A DNA stretch of 64,000 bases from an uncultured Actinomycetota bacterium. Lineage in GTDB: Bacteria; Actinomycetota; Actinomycetes; Propionibacteriales; Nocardioidaceae. Made by a program: the position numbers and the translations under genes. The notes beneath the pieces are model-generated. The model had not been told where the DNA came from and ran no database searches. It saw only the letters and a program-made list of their open reading frames with translations. This document shows positions 1-8,954 of the stretch, in pieces (within the stretch, counting starts at the first letter, position 1; every line of letters starts with the position of its first letter). Location of the stretch: NCBI GenBank assembly GCA_963825455.1, contig CAWGTG010000001.1, positions 84,284-148,283 of the forward strand, read 5' to 3'.

Positions 1-641
1 GAGACGTAGGTGGGCAGGGGCACGGAGACCGGGTCCCAGCTGTCGGGGTCTCGCTCCACGGGCTCGTCGCCGGCCCGCGCGGGGTCGACGCGGGCGATCT
101 CGCCGGTCTGGTCCTTCGGCTGCTCCGCCGCGGGCTCGGCCGGGATCCGGGCGCTCGGCCGCACTGCACGCTCGCGCTTGACCATCACCCGACAGGCGAC
201 CAGCCAGACGACCAGGACTCCGACCGGGACGGCGCACCAGATCCAGTCGAAGTAGGTGAGGTAGGCGAGCGCTGCCACGGCGGCGTTCGCGACCAGGATC
301 AGGCTCACCACGCGCAACCGGCGCTTGGCCGCGCGGGCCGAGGCGCGGCGGTGGGCCCTGAGCGCCTGCTTCTTCTCGTCGAGTGACGTGGAAGTGCTGC
401 TCTTCCGGTGTTCCGAGAGCACTGTGGCGTCGCTCGACGGCGCACCGGAGCCGGAGGCAGGGACCAGCCGGGCCTTGCGGCGGTTGATCGGCTCACGACG
501 CCCGAGGACCCGCAGCGTGGCCGAGAACCGCTCGACGGTGCGGGTGCGAGCACTCTCCTCGTGGTGTTCGAGCGCCTTGGGGATCAGGTAGACGGCCCAG
601 GCCACGGCCAGGGCCACGAAGATCAATGCGCTGGGATCCAC
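1..641 (-). CDS. GlpR/SepX-like membrane protein (Rv0996-like), 3' end outside window
   Basis: Manual translation from GTG at 641: MDPSALIFVALAVAWAVYLIPKALEHHEESARTRTVERFSATLRVL...; N-terminal TM helix; sits downstream of rimJ as in other actinobacteria. Confidence 0.7.
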   Translation of the reverse strand, partial: MDPSALIFVALAVAWAVYLIPKALEHHEESARTRTVERFSATLRVLGRREPINRRKARLVPASGSGAPSSDATVLSEHRKSSTSTSLDEKKQALRAHRRASARAAKRRLRVVSLILVANAAVAALAYLTYFDWIWCAVPVGVLVVWLVACRVMVKRERAVRPSARIPAEPAAEQPKDQTGEIARVDPARAGDEPVERDPDSWDPVSVPLPTYV

Positions 642-714
642 GGTCCTGAGGCTAGAAGTTGCAGCGCATCCCGGGGCGCATGTCAACCCGTGTGTCGCAA
701 AAAGTCTCGTGTGA

Positions 715-1335
715 CTACTGGGGTTCGGTCCTGTGGGCGGCGCCGCCCGAGGCGCGCAGTCGGGTCAGCACCCCGTCGGGCACCTCTTCCTTGGTGATCG
801 CGTAGATCCGGTGGTCGCGCCAGGCGCCGTCGATGTGCAGGTACTTCGGCGCGTAGCCGATCTCGCGGATCTCGAGCTTCTCGACGACGCGCAGCGAGTT
901 GGAGTTCTCCGGCCGGATCGCGATCTCGATGCGGTGCAGCCCGGCGGTGAAGAAGCAGTGGTCGATGACCATGGCGACCGCTCGGGGCATCAGCCCGCGC
1001 CCGGCGTACTCCCTGTCGAGCCAGTAGCCGACCGACGCGAACTGCGCCGAGCCCCTGACGATGTTGTTGACCGTGACCTGGCCGCCGAACTGCCCGTCCA
1101 CCTCGACCGCGAACGGGAACGTCGCGCCCTGGCGGGCCTGCTTCGACAGCCGCCGCACCAGCTGCTTGAAGCTGGTCGGGCGGGCCTCGCCACCGGGAGG
1201 GACCGTCGCGTCCCAGGGCACCAGCCAGGCGGCGTTCCGCTGCCGGGCCCGGCGCCAGGCGTCGTGGTCGGTGGTGGCCAGCGGCCGCAGCGTCAGGTCG
1301 CGGTCGACCAGCCGCACCGGCCAGTCAGTGGTCAC
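715..1335 (-). CDS. rimJ: RimJ-family GNAT N-acetyltransferase
   Basis: VGYWLDREYAGRGLM, LHRIEIAIRPENSNSLRVVEKL and YLHIDGAWRDH motifs; synteny with moeA. Confidence 0.88.
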   Translation of the reverse strand: MTTDWPVRLVDRDLTLRPLATTDHDAWRRARQRNAAWLVPWDATVPPGGEARPTSFKQLVRRLSKQARQGATFPFAVEVDGQFGGQVTVNNIVRGSAQFASVGYWLDREYAGRGLMPRAVAMVIDHCFFTAGLHRIEIAIRPENSNSLRVVEKLEIREIGYAPKYLHIDGAWRDHRIYAITKEEVPDGVLTRLRASGGAAHRTEPQ

Positions 1336-1795
1336 TGCCGGCCACCTGTTCGACGGCGTGGACCAGCACGTGCTTCAGCACGGCGATGGCGTCCTTGACT
1401 CCACCCTTGCTGCCGGGGAGGTTCACGACCAGGCAGGTGCCGACCCGCCCGGCGAGGCCGCGGGAGAGCACCGCGGTGGGGACGCCCTTGCTGACGCCGT
1501 ACGCGCGGATCGCCTCGGCCAGCCCGGGGATCTCGGCGTCGAGCAGCGGCCGGGTGGCCTCGGGAGTCAGGTCGGTGGGAGTGAGCCCGGTGCCGCCGGT
1601 GGTGAGTACGACGCGCGCGCCGGCAGCCACCGCCGAGCGGATGGCGTCGGCGACGGGCTGGCCATCACTGACGACGGCGGGCGCCGCGGTCTCGAAGCCG
1701 AGGTCGACCAGGAACTCGACCAGCAGCGGTCCCGTGGCGTCCTCGTAGACGCCGGCCGCTGCCCGGTTGGAGGCGACGACGACGGCGCCGATCAC
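1325..1795 (-). CDS. MoaB/Mog molybdenum cofactor biosynthesis protein
   Basis: TTGGTGLTPTDLTPEAT and VNLPGS motifs. Confidence 0.9.
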   Translation of the reverse strand: MIGAVVVASNRAAAGVYEDATGPLLVEFLVDLGFETAAPAVVSDGQPVADAIRSAVAAGARVVLTTGGTGLTPTDLTPEATRPLLDAEIPGLAEAIRAYGVSKGVPTAVLSRGLAGRVGTCLVVNLPGSKGGVKDAIAVLKHVLVHAVEQVAGSDH

Positions 1796-2268
1796 CTCGA
1801 CCAGTCCCCCGACCGGCCGCCCGACTTCGACTCGACCCGTACGTCGGTGATGACCGCGGCCTTGTCGACGGCCTTGACCATGTCGACGACGGTGAGCGCG
1901 GCGACCGAGACCGCGGTGAGCGCTTCCATCTCCACACCGGTGCGGTCGGTCGTCCTCACGGTCGCGGTGATGTCGACCGACTCGTCGGTGACGGTGAGGT
2001 CGACGGTGACGCCCGAGATCGCGAGCGGGTGGCAGAGCGGGATCAGCGAGGGCGTCTGCTTGGCGCCCATGATCCCGGCCAGCCGAGCCACGGCCAGCGC
2101 ATCACCCTTGGGCACGCCCTCGCCCTTGAGGAGCGCGACGACCTGGGGGGAGACGAGGACCCGGCCGGTCGCGGTCGCGGTGCGCGCCGTGACGTCCTTG
2201 TCGGAGACGTCGACCATGCGCGCCGCGCCGGTCTCGTCGACGTGGGTGAGCCGGTCCTCGGTGGCCAT
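1792..2268 (-). CDS. moaC: cyclic pyranopterin monophosphate synthase MoaC
   Basis: ARMVDVSDK, LIPLCHP, TGVEMEAL and KSGGRSG motifs. Confidence 0.96.
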   Translation of the reverse strand: MATEDRLTHVDETGAARMVDVSDKDVTARTATATGRVLVSPQVVALLKGEGVPKGDALAVARLAGIMGAKQTPSLIPLCHPLAISGVTVDLTVTDESVDITATVRTTDRTGVEMEALTAVSVAALTVVDMVKAVDKAAVITDVRVESKSGGRSGDWSR

Positions 2269-2272
2269 CGCC

Positions 2273-3508
2273 CTAGAACTCGCCGTCCAGCACCAGCACC
2301 TGCACCTGGTCGCCCGGGTCGAGCGCGGTGGTGTCTTCGGGCACCACGATCAGGCTGTTGCTCTCCGCCAGGTGGCCGATCAGGTGCGAGCCCGGACCGC
2401 CCACGGGCTCGACGTACGGACCGTCGGCGTCGGAGCCGACCTGGCCCCGCATGAACTGGCGGCGGCCCCGCGGGCGACGTCATGCCGCGGGTCAGCCGGG
2501 CCTCGAGCAACGGCCGCGAGACCGGCGCCAGGCCCAGGCAGGTGCGGATCGCGGGGAGCACGAACACCTCGAAGGAGATGTACGCCGACACCGAGTTGCC
2601 CGGGCAGCGTGACGATCGGGACCCGGCTTGTCGCCAAGGACGCCGAACCCCTGCGGCTTGCCGGGCTGCATCGCCACCGGGCCGAACCAGACTCCATCGC
2701 GCGCGCAGCGCCTCCTTCACGACGTCGAAGTCGCCTTGGGAGACGCCACCCGAGGTGACGACGAGGTCGGCGCCCGCCAGCGTGCCGTTCAGCGTCTCGA
2801 GGAACGCCTCCGGCTCGTCGCGGACGATGCCGACCCGCTGCGGGACGCCGCCGGCCCGGGTCACCGCAGCCGCGAGCATGTAGGAGTTGCCGTCGTAGAT
2901 CGAGTCCTCGCCGAGCTCCTCACCGGGCTCGCGCAGCTCGGTGCCGGTCGAGAGGATCACGACCCGCGGCCGGGGTCGGGCCAGGACCGTCGACCGGCCC
3001 ACCGACGCGAGCAGCCCGACGTGCCGGGCGTTGAGCGTCGTGCCGTCCTTCACCAGCAGGTCGCCGACCGCGACGTCGTCGCCGGCCGGGCGGACGTGCT
3101 GGCCGGTCTCGGGAGCCTCGTCGATGCGGACCTTCGCCGTGCCTCGGTCGGTCCATTCGTAGGGGACGACGGCGTCGGCGCCGTCGGGCACCGGGGCGCC
3201 GGTCATGATCTTGGCGGCCGTGCCGGGCGCCAGGGTGCGCGGGCCGGCCCGGCCTGCGCCGATCTCGCCCACGACCGGCAGCAGCACGGGTTGCTCGGCG
3301 GTGGCGGCGGACACGTCAGCGGTGGGACGGCGTACCCGTCCATCGCAGAGTTGTCGAAGCTGGGCAGCGACATCGTCGCGACGACGTCCTCGGCGCACAC
3401 CAGCCCGAGCGCGTCGAGCAGGGGAACGTCGACCGGCGCCAGCGGCCGCACGCCCGAGAGCACCCGCTCGAGGTGCTCCTCGACCGAGCAGGGCTCGGGA
3501 TCGGTCAC
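2273..3508 (-). pseudogene. moeA: molybdopterin molybdotransferase MoeA, broken by about 5 small indels (possibly sequencing errors)
   Basis: Motifs spread across three frames: FDNSAMDGYAV, IMTGAPVPDGADAVV, STGTEL, TSGGVSQGDFD, AMQPGKPQ, LPG, SAYISFEVFV, GSHLIGHLAESNSL; shifts near 3330, 2700, 2625, 2600, 2465. Confidence 0.85.
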
Positions 3509-4893
3509 GACCCAGAGTCTGCCGTGAGGACGGTGTCGTCGGGGATGCGTTCGGCGCTGTCGGTCGAGAGGTCGACGTCGCCCACCACCTGGACGTGCGC
3601 TCCGAAGGTGAAGTCGCCGTCCACGGTGAGGCTGGTCGCCTTCTTCATCGACGGCGTGCCCTCCGGGAAGCGCTTGTCGAACTCGGCGACCACCTTGTAG
3701 ACCTTGCCGTCGAGGTCGACGAACGGGATGTCGCCCGAGACCTGGTCGAGCACGAAGTCGGAGCCGATGTCGTAGACGTCGGAGCGGATCACGAGCAGGT
3801 CGTTGGTGGTCTTGACCGGGACGAAGCGGTCGCGGCCGACCTCGATCAGCCGAGAGTCCGGGAACAGCTCGACGGCGGCGCCCATCGCGGTCTCGACCTG
3901 GATCACCTTCGGACTGGTCGGGTCGCTCGGGTCCACGGTCTTCTCGTTGCGGATCAGCGGCAGGCCGAGGATGCCGTCGCGGACGTCGAGGGCCTGCTTC
4001 ATCGCGCGCAGGTCGAACCACAGGTTGTTGGTCGAGCAGAACCGGTGCCGATCGAGGTCGGCCAGGGCTTCCCGGTCCCCGGGCAGGGTCTGCGCGGTCT
4101 CGCGAAGCACGATCCGGCCGTCGGACTTGCGGCGCGCGAAGTGGCCGCCCTTTCGGTCGCTCGCCGTACGCCGCACCGCCTCGATCGCGAAGGGCGCGCC
4201 GCTGGTGGCGAACCAGCCCGCGACCCGGGCGTCGGGTACGGCGCCGAGGTTGTCGGAGTTCGACACGAAGGCGCGCTCGTAGCCGGCGTCGAGGAGCTTC
4301 TCGAGGAGGCCGGATCCGCGCAGCGCGGTGTAGACGTCGCCGTGACCGGGTGGGCACCACTCGAGGTCGGGATCCCTCGGCCAGCTGACCGGGGCGAGGT
4401 CCTTGAGAAGGAGCTTGGGCTCCTTGTTCTGGAGGAACTCCAGCGGCAGCCCCTCGACCGGGAGGTCCTGGTAGCGCGCGACCGCGGCCATGGTGTCGGC
4501 CGAGGTGTGGAAGCTGTTCATGAACAGCAGCGGCAACGGAGCGTCGTACTCCTTGCGGAGGTGGAGCACCTGCCGGGCGATGATGTCGAGGAAGGAGAGG
4601 CCGCGGCGCACGCACAGCAGCGACTTCGCGCGGTCCATGCCCATCGAGGTGCCGAGACCGCCGTTCAGCTTGATCACCGCGGTCGCGCGGATCGCGTCGG
4701 AGGCGGCGGCGTCACTCACCTCGACGTCGCCGAGCGCCTCCATGTCGACCGGCTCGATGGCGGACTCGGGGATCATCCCGGTCTCGCCGTGCTCCAGCAG
4801 CCGGAAGTAGTGCGCGAACGTCTCGATGGCGACTTCGTCCACTCCGGCGGCGACCATCTTGTCGCGGGCCTTGTTGAGCCCTGTGCTGCCCAT
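3505..4893 (-). CDS. UTP--glucose-1-phosphate uridylyltransferase, eukaryote-like UDPGP family
   Basis: KLNGGLGTSMG, WCPPGHGDVY, SNSDNLGA, QVETAMGAA and RFVPVKTTNDLL motifs; about 462 aa. Confidence 0.92.
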   Translation of the reverse strand: MGSTGLNKARDKMVAAGVDEVAIETFAHYFRLLEHGETGMIPESAIEPVDMEALGDVEVSDAAASDAIRATAVIKLNGGLGTSMGMDRAKSLLCVRRGLSFLDIIARQVLHLRKEYDAPLPLLFMNSFHTSADTMAAVARYQDLPVEGLPLEFLQNKEPKLLLKDLAPVSWPRDPDLEWCPPGHGDVYTALRGSGLLEKLLDAGYERAFVSNSDNLGAVPDARVAGWFATSGAPFAIEAVRRTASDRKGGHFARRKSDGRIVLRETAQTLPGDREALADLDRHRFCSTNNLWFDLRAMKQALDVRDGILGLPLIRNEKTVDPSDPTSPKVIQVETAMGAAVELFPDSRLIEVGRDRFVPVKTTNDLLVIRSDVYDIGSDFVLDQVSGDIPFVDLDGKVYKVVAEFDKRFPEGTPSMKKATSLTVDGDFTFGAHVQVVGDVDLSTDSAERIPDDTVLTADSGS

Positions 4894-4915
4894 ACAACGA
4901 TCGTAGGCTTGCAAC

Positions 4916-5497
4916 GTGATCGGGGCGAAGACGGCGATGCGTGACCAGTTGCTGACGACCCGCAACCGGCGCCCGCTCCTGGCGCGGTCCGAGGCCGCGC
5001 GGGAGATCGCGCTGCACCTCATCGAGGCGCCGGAGGTACGCCGGGCGGCCACGGTCGCGGCGTACGTAGCCATGGGCCCGGAGCCCGGCACGGCACAGCT
5101 GCTCCAGGCACTGGTGGCGGCCGGGAAACGGGTGCTGCTGCCCGTGGTGCTGCCCGACCTCGACCTGGACTGGGCGGCGTACACGGGTGACCAGGGCCTC
5201 GCACCCGCTCGCTTCGGTCTGCTCGAGCCGGTCGGCGAACGACTCGGCCCGGAGAGCGTGGCGACCGCCGACGCGGTGCTGCTGCCGGGGCTGGCGGTGT
5301 CCAGTCGTGGCGAACGACTGGGGCGCGGTGGCGGCTGCTACGACCGGGCGCTCGGGCGGGTGCCGGTCGGGACGTTCACCTGCGTACTGCTCTACGACGA
5401 CGAGGTCGGCGTCGAGGTGCCGGTGGAGGCGCACGACCGCCCAGTGACCGCGGCCGCGCACCCCGCGGGAATCACGCGGTTCGCCCCAGCGTTCTGA
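4916..5497 (+). CDS. 5-formyltetrahydrofolate cyclo-ligase
   Basis: RLGRGGGCYDR and EAHDRPV motifs; TAGGCT -10 box 6 nt before GTG (leaderless). Confidence 0.92.
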   Translation: MIGAKTAMRDQLLTTRNRRPLLARSEAAREIALHLIEAPEVRRAATVAAYVAMGPEPGTAQLLQALVAAGKRVLLPVVLPDLDLDWAAYTGDQGLAPARFGLLEPVGERLGPESVATADAVLLPGLAVSSRGERLGRGGGCYDRALGRVPVGTFTCVLLYDDEVGVEVPVEAHDRPVTAAAHPAGITRFAPAF

Positions 5498-5509
5498 TCA
5501 CCGTAGTAT

Positions 5510-5536
5510 TTGGCAGTCACCCCGGCCGAGTGCCAG
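5510..5536 (+). promoter_or_regulatory. CIRCE-like HrcA operator
   Basis: TTGGCAGTC-N9-GAGTGCCAG versus consensus TTAGCACTC-N9-GAGTGCTAA, directly after a TAGTAT -10 box and upstream of the FmdB-family gene. Confidence 0.8.
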
Positions 5537-5560
5537 CGTGCCAGCCCGACGAGGAGTCCC

Positions 5561-5905
5561 GTGCCCACCTATCAGTACGCCTGCCGCGAGTGCGGCCACG
5601 CCTTCGAGCAGGTCCAGAGCTTCAGCGACGAGACGCTGACAGTCTGCCCGGAGTGCGAGGGCCGGCTGCGCAAGGTGTTCAACGCCGTGGGCGTGGTGTT
5701 CAAGGGGTCGGGGTTCTACCGGACCGACAGCCGCAAGAAGGAGTCGTCCTCCGAGACGTCGGCATCCCCGGCCAAGGCCGACTCACCCGCCCCGGCGACC
5801 GCGTCCACCACGTCGACCACGCCGGCCTCGAGCGACTCGTCCTCGTCGGGCTCGTCGGGCTCGTCCACGACGACCACGAAGTCTCCCCAGCCGACCGCCA
5901 GCTGA
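5561..5905 (+). CDS. FmdB-family zinc-ribbon protein (Rv0991c/Ruc-like redox chaperone)
   Basis: PTYQYACRECGH..CPECEG..VVFKGSGFYRTDSR plus Ser/Thr-rich tail; GAGGAG RBS. Confidence 0.9.
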   Translation: MPTYQYACRECGHAFEQVQSFSDETLTVCPECEGRLRKVFNAVGVVFKGSGFYRTDSRKKESSSETSASPAKADSPAPATASTTSTTPASSDSSSSGSSGSSTTTTKSPQPTAS

Positions 5906-5970
5906 CGGTTCTCCACAGCTCGGCAACTCGCGGCTGAGGGGGCTCGGCGCGCGCTCGTAGCGTCGCCTCC

Positions 5971-6603
5971 ATGCCCACCCTCCTGCTCCGTCTGCGTGCC
6001 GCGGCCCGCCGGGTGCGACGGGCCGTGCTGCGCCGCCGCCGGCTGCTGGCCGCGCTGTGCGCCCTGGTCGCGGTGTGGGCCGGGCTCCAGGCCATCGCGG
6101 CGCCGGCGCCCGAGCGGGTGCCGGTCACCGTGGCCGCCCACGACCTCGGCGCCGGCACCGTGCTGCGACCCGGCGACCTGACCACCGTGGGCTTCGCGCC
6201 CGGGACGGTGCCGTCCGGGCACCTCCGCGACCCGGTGGGCCGACAGCTGGCCGGGCCGCTCCGGCGCGGCCAGCCGATCACCGACACCGCGATGCTCGGA
6301 GTCTCGCTCGTGCGCGACCGTCCCGACCTTGTCGCGCTCCCGGTGCGGCTGCCCGACACGGCGATGGCCGAGCTGCTCCGGATCGGCGACGAGGTCGACG
6401 TGATCGCCGCGGACCCGCAGGGCGGACCTGCCGCCACCGTCGCCCGCAAGGCCCTGGTGCTCGCGCTGCCACCACCACCAGCGGACGCGGCCGCCGACGG
6501 GCTGCCGGGTCGGCTGGTGGTCCTCGGTGTGCGGGAGGCGGAGGTCACCGCCGTCTCCTCAGCCACGGTGACGCACTTCCTGACCGTCGCGTGGTCCCGA
6601 TAG
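5971..6603 (+). CDS. SAF-domain protein (Rv0990c/CpaB-like)
   Basis: TM helix, VAAHDLGAGTVL SAF motif, LLRIGDEVDV; conserved synteny. Confidence 0.82.
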   Translation: MPTLLLRLRAAARRVRRAVLRRRRLLAALCALVAVWAGLQAIAAPAPERVPVTVAAHDLGAGTVLRPGDLTTVGFAPGTVPSGHLRDPVGRQLAGPLRRGQPITDTAMLGVSLVRDRPDLVALPVRLPDTAMAELLRIGDEVDVIAADPQGGPAATVARKALVLALPPPPADAAADGLPGRLVVLGVREAEVTAVSSATVTHFLTVAWSR

Positions 6604-6656
6604 CGTGCTGAGGGTTCCGCTGCCCTTGCAGCTCGCACAAGTCTCGAGGGGGACAC

Positions 6657-7016
6657 ATGAGTGGCTTCAAGAACTTCATCCTGCGCGGCAATCTGGTCGA
6701 CCTGGCCATCGCCGTCATCATCGGTGTCGCCTTCGGCACAGTGGTCACGACGTTCACCGCCTGGCTGACCAGCCTGATGCCCGACGCGGCCGATGACGTG
6801 TTCTCCAACGTGCCGAACTCGTTCGGCGCGTTCCTCAACGCCGTGGTCGCGTTCGTGATCCTGGCGGCCGTCGTCTACTTCTTCGTGGTGGTCCCCTACA
6901 CGACCGCCAAGGAGAAGTTCTTCCCGAGCCCCGAACCCGGCACTCCGGAGGACATCAAGCTGCTCGAGGAGATCCGCGACCTGCTGGCAGCGCAGTCCGG
7001 ACGCCCAACGCCCTAG
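6657..7016 (+). CDS. mscL: large-conductance mechanosensitive channel
   Basis: FKNFILRGNLVDLAIAVIIG and LLEEIRDLL motifs. Confidence 0.95.
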   Translation: MSGFKNFILRGNLVDLAIAVIIGVAFGTVVTTFTAWLTSLMPDAADDVFSNVPNSFGAFLNAVVAFVILAAVVYFFVVVPYTTAKEKFFPSPEPGTPEDIKLLEEIRDLLAAQSGRPTP

Positions 7017-7018
7017 CG

Positions 7019-7207
7019 TCAGCCGTGGTGCGGCGGCACCTGCTCCTTGAGCCAGGTGTCGCCGCGGTCGGTGGCCGGTTCAGACTGTTCGGCCGGGTCC
7101 CGCTCGTCGGCGGTGGTGTCCGGCAGCACGTCGCCGAAGACCTCGGCGAGACGACGCTTGCGCTCCCAGTCCGGCTCGGACTGGTCTGGTCCGGGCTGCC
7201 CGTTCAC
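7019..7207 (-). CDS. small conserved actinobacterial hypothetical protein
   Basis: RLAEVFGDVLPDTTADERD...WLKEQVPPHHG; overlaps the LCP stop codon. Confidence 0.75.
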   Translation of the reverse strand: MNGQPGPDQSEPDWERKRRLAEVFGDVLPDTTADERDPAEQSEPATDRGDTWLKEQVPPHHG

Positions 7208-8520
7208 GAGCAGAGGCCGGCGAAGTCGAGGTCGTCGGAGCTGGCGTCCACGCCGTCACTGTCGTCGGTGGCGTCGTCACTCGGTGACGAAGTGTCGGAC
7301 GGCGACTCGGTCGAGGACGACTCGGAGTCGGACGCCGATGACGTGCTCGAGCTCTCGTCACCGCTGGGGCTCGCGGTGCCGGAAGTGCTGGCCGACCCGG
7401 AGGTCGTGCCGCTCGGCACCTGGTTGGCGCCGATGGACCCGTCGCGCAGCTTCCCCAGCGGCTGGTCGTTGGCGATCCGCTTCCAGAGGGTGTCGGCGTC
7501 CTCGGTCCACTCGACCCGCCCCGGTTGTGCGGTGCTGTAGACGAACGGCACGGTGATGAACCGGATCCGCTTGAGGCCGATGTTCTTGAACTGCAGGCCG
7601 ACCTTCGCCATCTCCTTGATGTTCGGGATGTCGGTGGTCAGGGAGGCGGTGGCGGCGTTGAGGAACCGCACCAGCCGGTCGAAGCGGGTCAGGGTGCCGT
7701 TGGAGAGCACCTTCTCGACGAGCGCGGCGATGAACGCCTGCTGCCGCTTGATCCGGCCGATGTCGCTGCCGTCGCCCACGCCGTGGCGAACGCGCACGTA
7801 GGCCAGCGCTTCCTTGCCGTTGAGGGTCCGGGTGCCTGCCGGGATGGTGATGCCGTACTCCGAGCTGTCGATGTCCTCGGGCACGCAGACCTCGACGCCG
7901 TCGACGGCGTCGACCATGTCCTGGAAGCTGCCGAAGTCGACGACGACGTAGTTGTCCATCCGGACTCCAGTCATCGCCTCGAACTGCTTGATCGTGCACG
8001 CCGGACCGCCGTAGGAGTACGCGGCGTTCCACATTTGCAGCGTGCCGCCCGGGATGGTGTCGCCGTCGTCGTCGATGCAGTCGGGACGCGTGACCAGGGA
8101 GTCGCGGGGGATGGAGACGCCGTAGGCCGACTCACGGTCTGCGGAGAGGTGGAACAGGAGCGTGGTGTCCGACCCGCCGCCGGCCTCCTGGTCGATGTCG
8201 CAGCCGTCGCAGTCCCGGGAGTCGGAGCCCATCACGAGGATGTTCAGGGGCTGCTTCGGCGCCTCGATGTGCACCTTCTCGGGCCGGTCGTCACCAAGCT
8301 GGTCATTGACGTTGACGACATTGAGGTTGCCGTTGAGGTGGCGGTAGAGGAAGGCCACCGAGAGACCGCTCACCATGCCGAGCGTCAGCAGCGTCGCCAG
8401 CAACACCTTCGCGACCGTGTGTGTGCGCCGGGTCCGGCCACGCCGCTTCCCGGGCTGATATGGGGACGGCAGCTCGGGCTGGGCAGAGTGCTGCGCAGCG
8501 TCGGGCATCGTCACCTTCAC
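7204..8520 (-). CDS. LCP (LytR-CpsA-Psr) family cell-wall ligase
   Basis: NILVMGSDSR, SDTTLL, SIPRDS, ALAYVRVRH and SDIGRIKRQQ motifs; Ser/Asp-rich tail; exact start uncertain. Confidence 0.92.
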   Translation of the reverse strand: MKVTMPDAAQHSAQPELPSPYQPGKRRGRTRRTHTVAKVLLATLLTLGMVSGLSVAFLYRHLNGNLNVVNVNDQLGDDRPEKVHIEAPKQPLNILVMGSDSRDCDGCDIDQEAGGGSDTTLLFHLSADRESAYGVSIPRDSLVTRPDCIDDDGDTIPGGTLQMWNAAYSYGGPACTIKQFEAMTGVRMDNYVVVDFGSFQDMVDAVDGVEVCVPEDIDSSEYGITIPAGTRTLNGKEALAYVRVRHGVGDGSDIGRIKRQQAFIAALVEKVLSNGTLTRFDRLVRFLNAATASLTTDIPNIKEMAKVGLQFKNIGLKRIRFITVPFVYSTAQPGRVEWTEDADTLWKRIANDQPLGKLRDGSIGANQVPSGTTSGSASTSGTASPSGDESSSTSSASDSESSSTESPSDTSSPSDDATDDSDGVDASSDDLDFAGLCS

Positions 8521-8683
8521 ATGGGCGGGTGGCTGACTGACGAGGAGGGCGGGTGCGCACGTGGGTACGCGCTCGTTCGCGCCAGATTACGGGTGTGAAG
8601 CAAATGATGGCCATGACCGGCCGGTAACGCCAAGTATCCGCACCCACCCCCGTGACAGGATGGCCGCCGGTTTCACCACACCA

Positions 8684-8756
8684 GCCCCAGTAGCTCAGCG
8701 GATAGAGCAGCCGCCTCCTAAGCGAAAGGTCGCAGGTTCGACTCCTGCCTGGGGCA
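8684..8756 (+). tRNA. tRNA-Arg(CCT)
   Basis: Acceptor stem GCCCCAG/CTGGGGC, D arm GCTC/GAGC, anticodon loop CTCCTAA, T arm GCAGG-TTCGACT-CCTGC; CCA not encoded; anticodon stem has 2 mismatches. Confidence 0.9.
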
Positions 8757-8954
8757 CCCGCGAGCGGCGCCACGGTCCAGCCCCGCCAGTTCTCATCGCG
8801 GCAGCACCTCGACGAGGTAGCGACCGCCTGGCACCCGGAGGTCGGCCCGGGGGGCCTTCTTGACCGCTCGCTGGATCGGCACGTTCGTGAGCTCACGGGT
8901 CTCGCCGTTCGAGGTGATGGTCGCGGCAGTCTGGTGCGCGACGGGACTCTCGGG

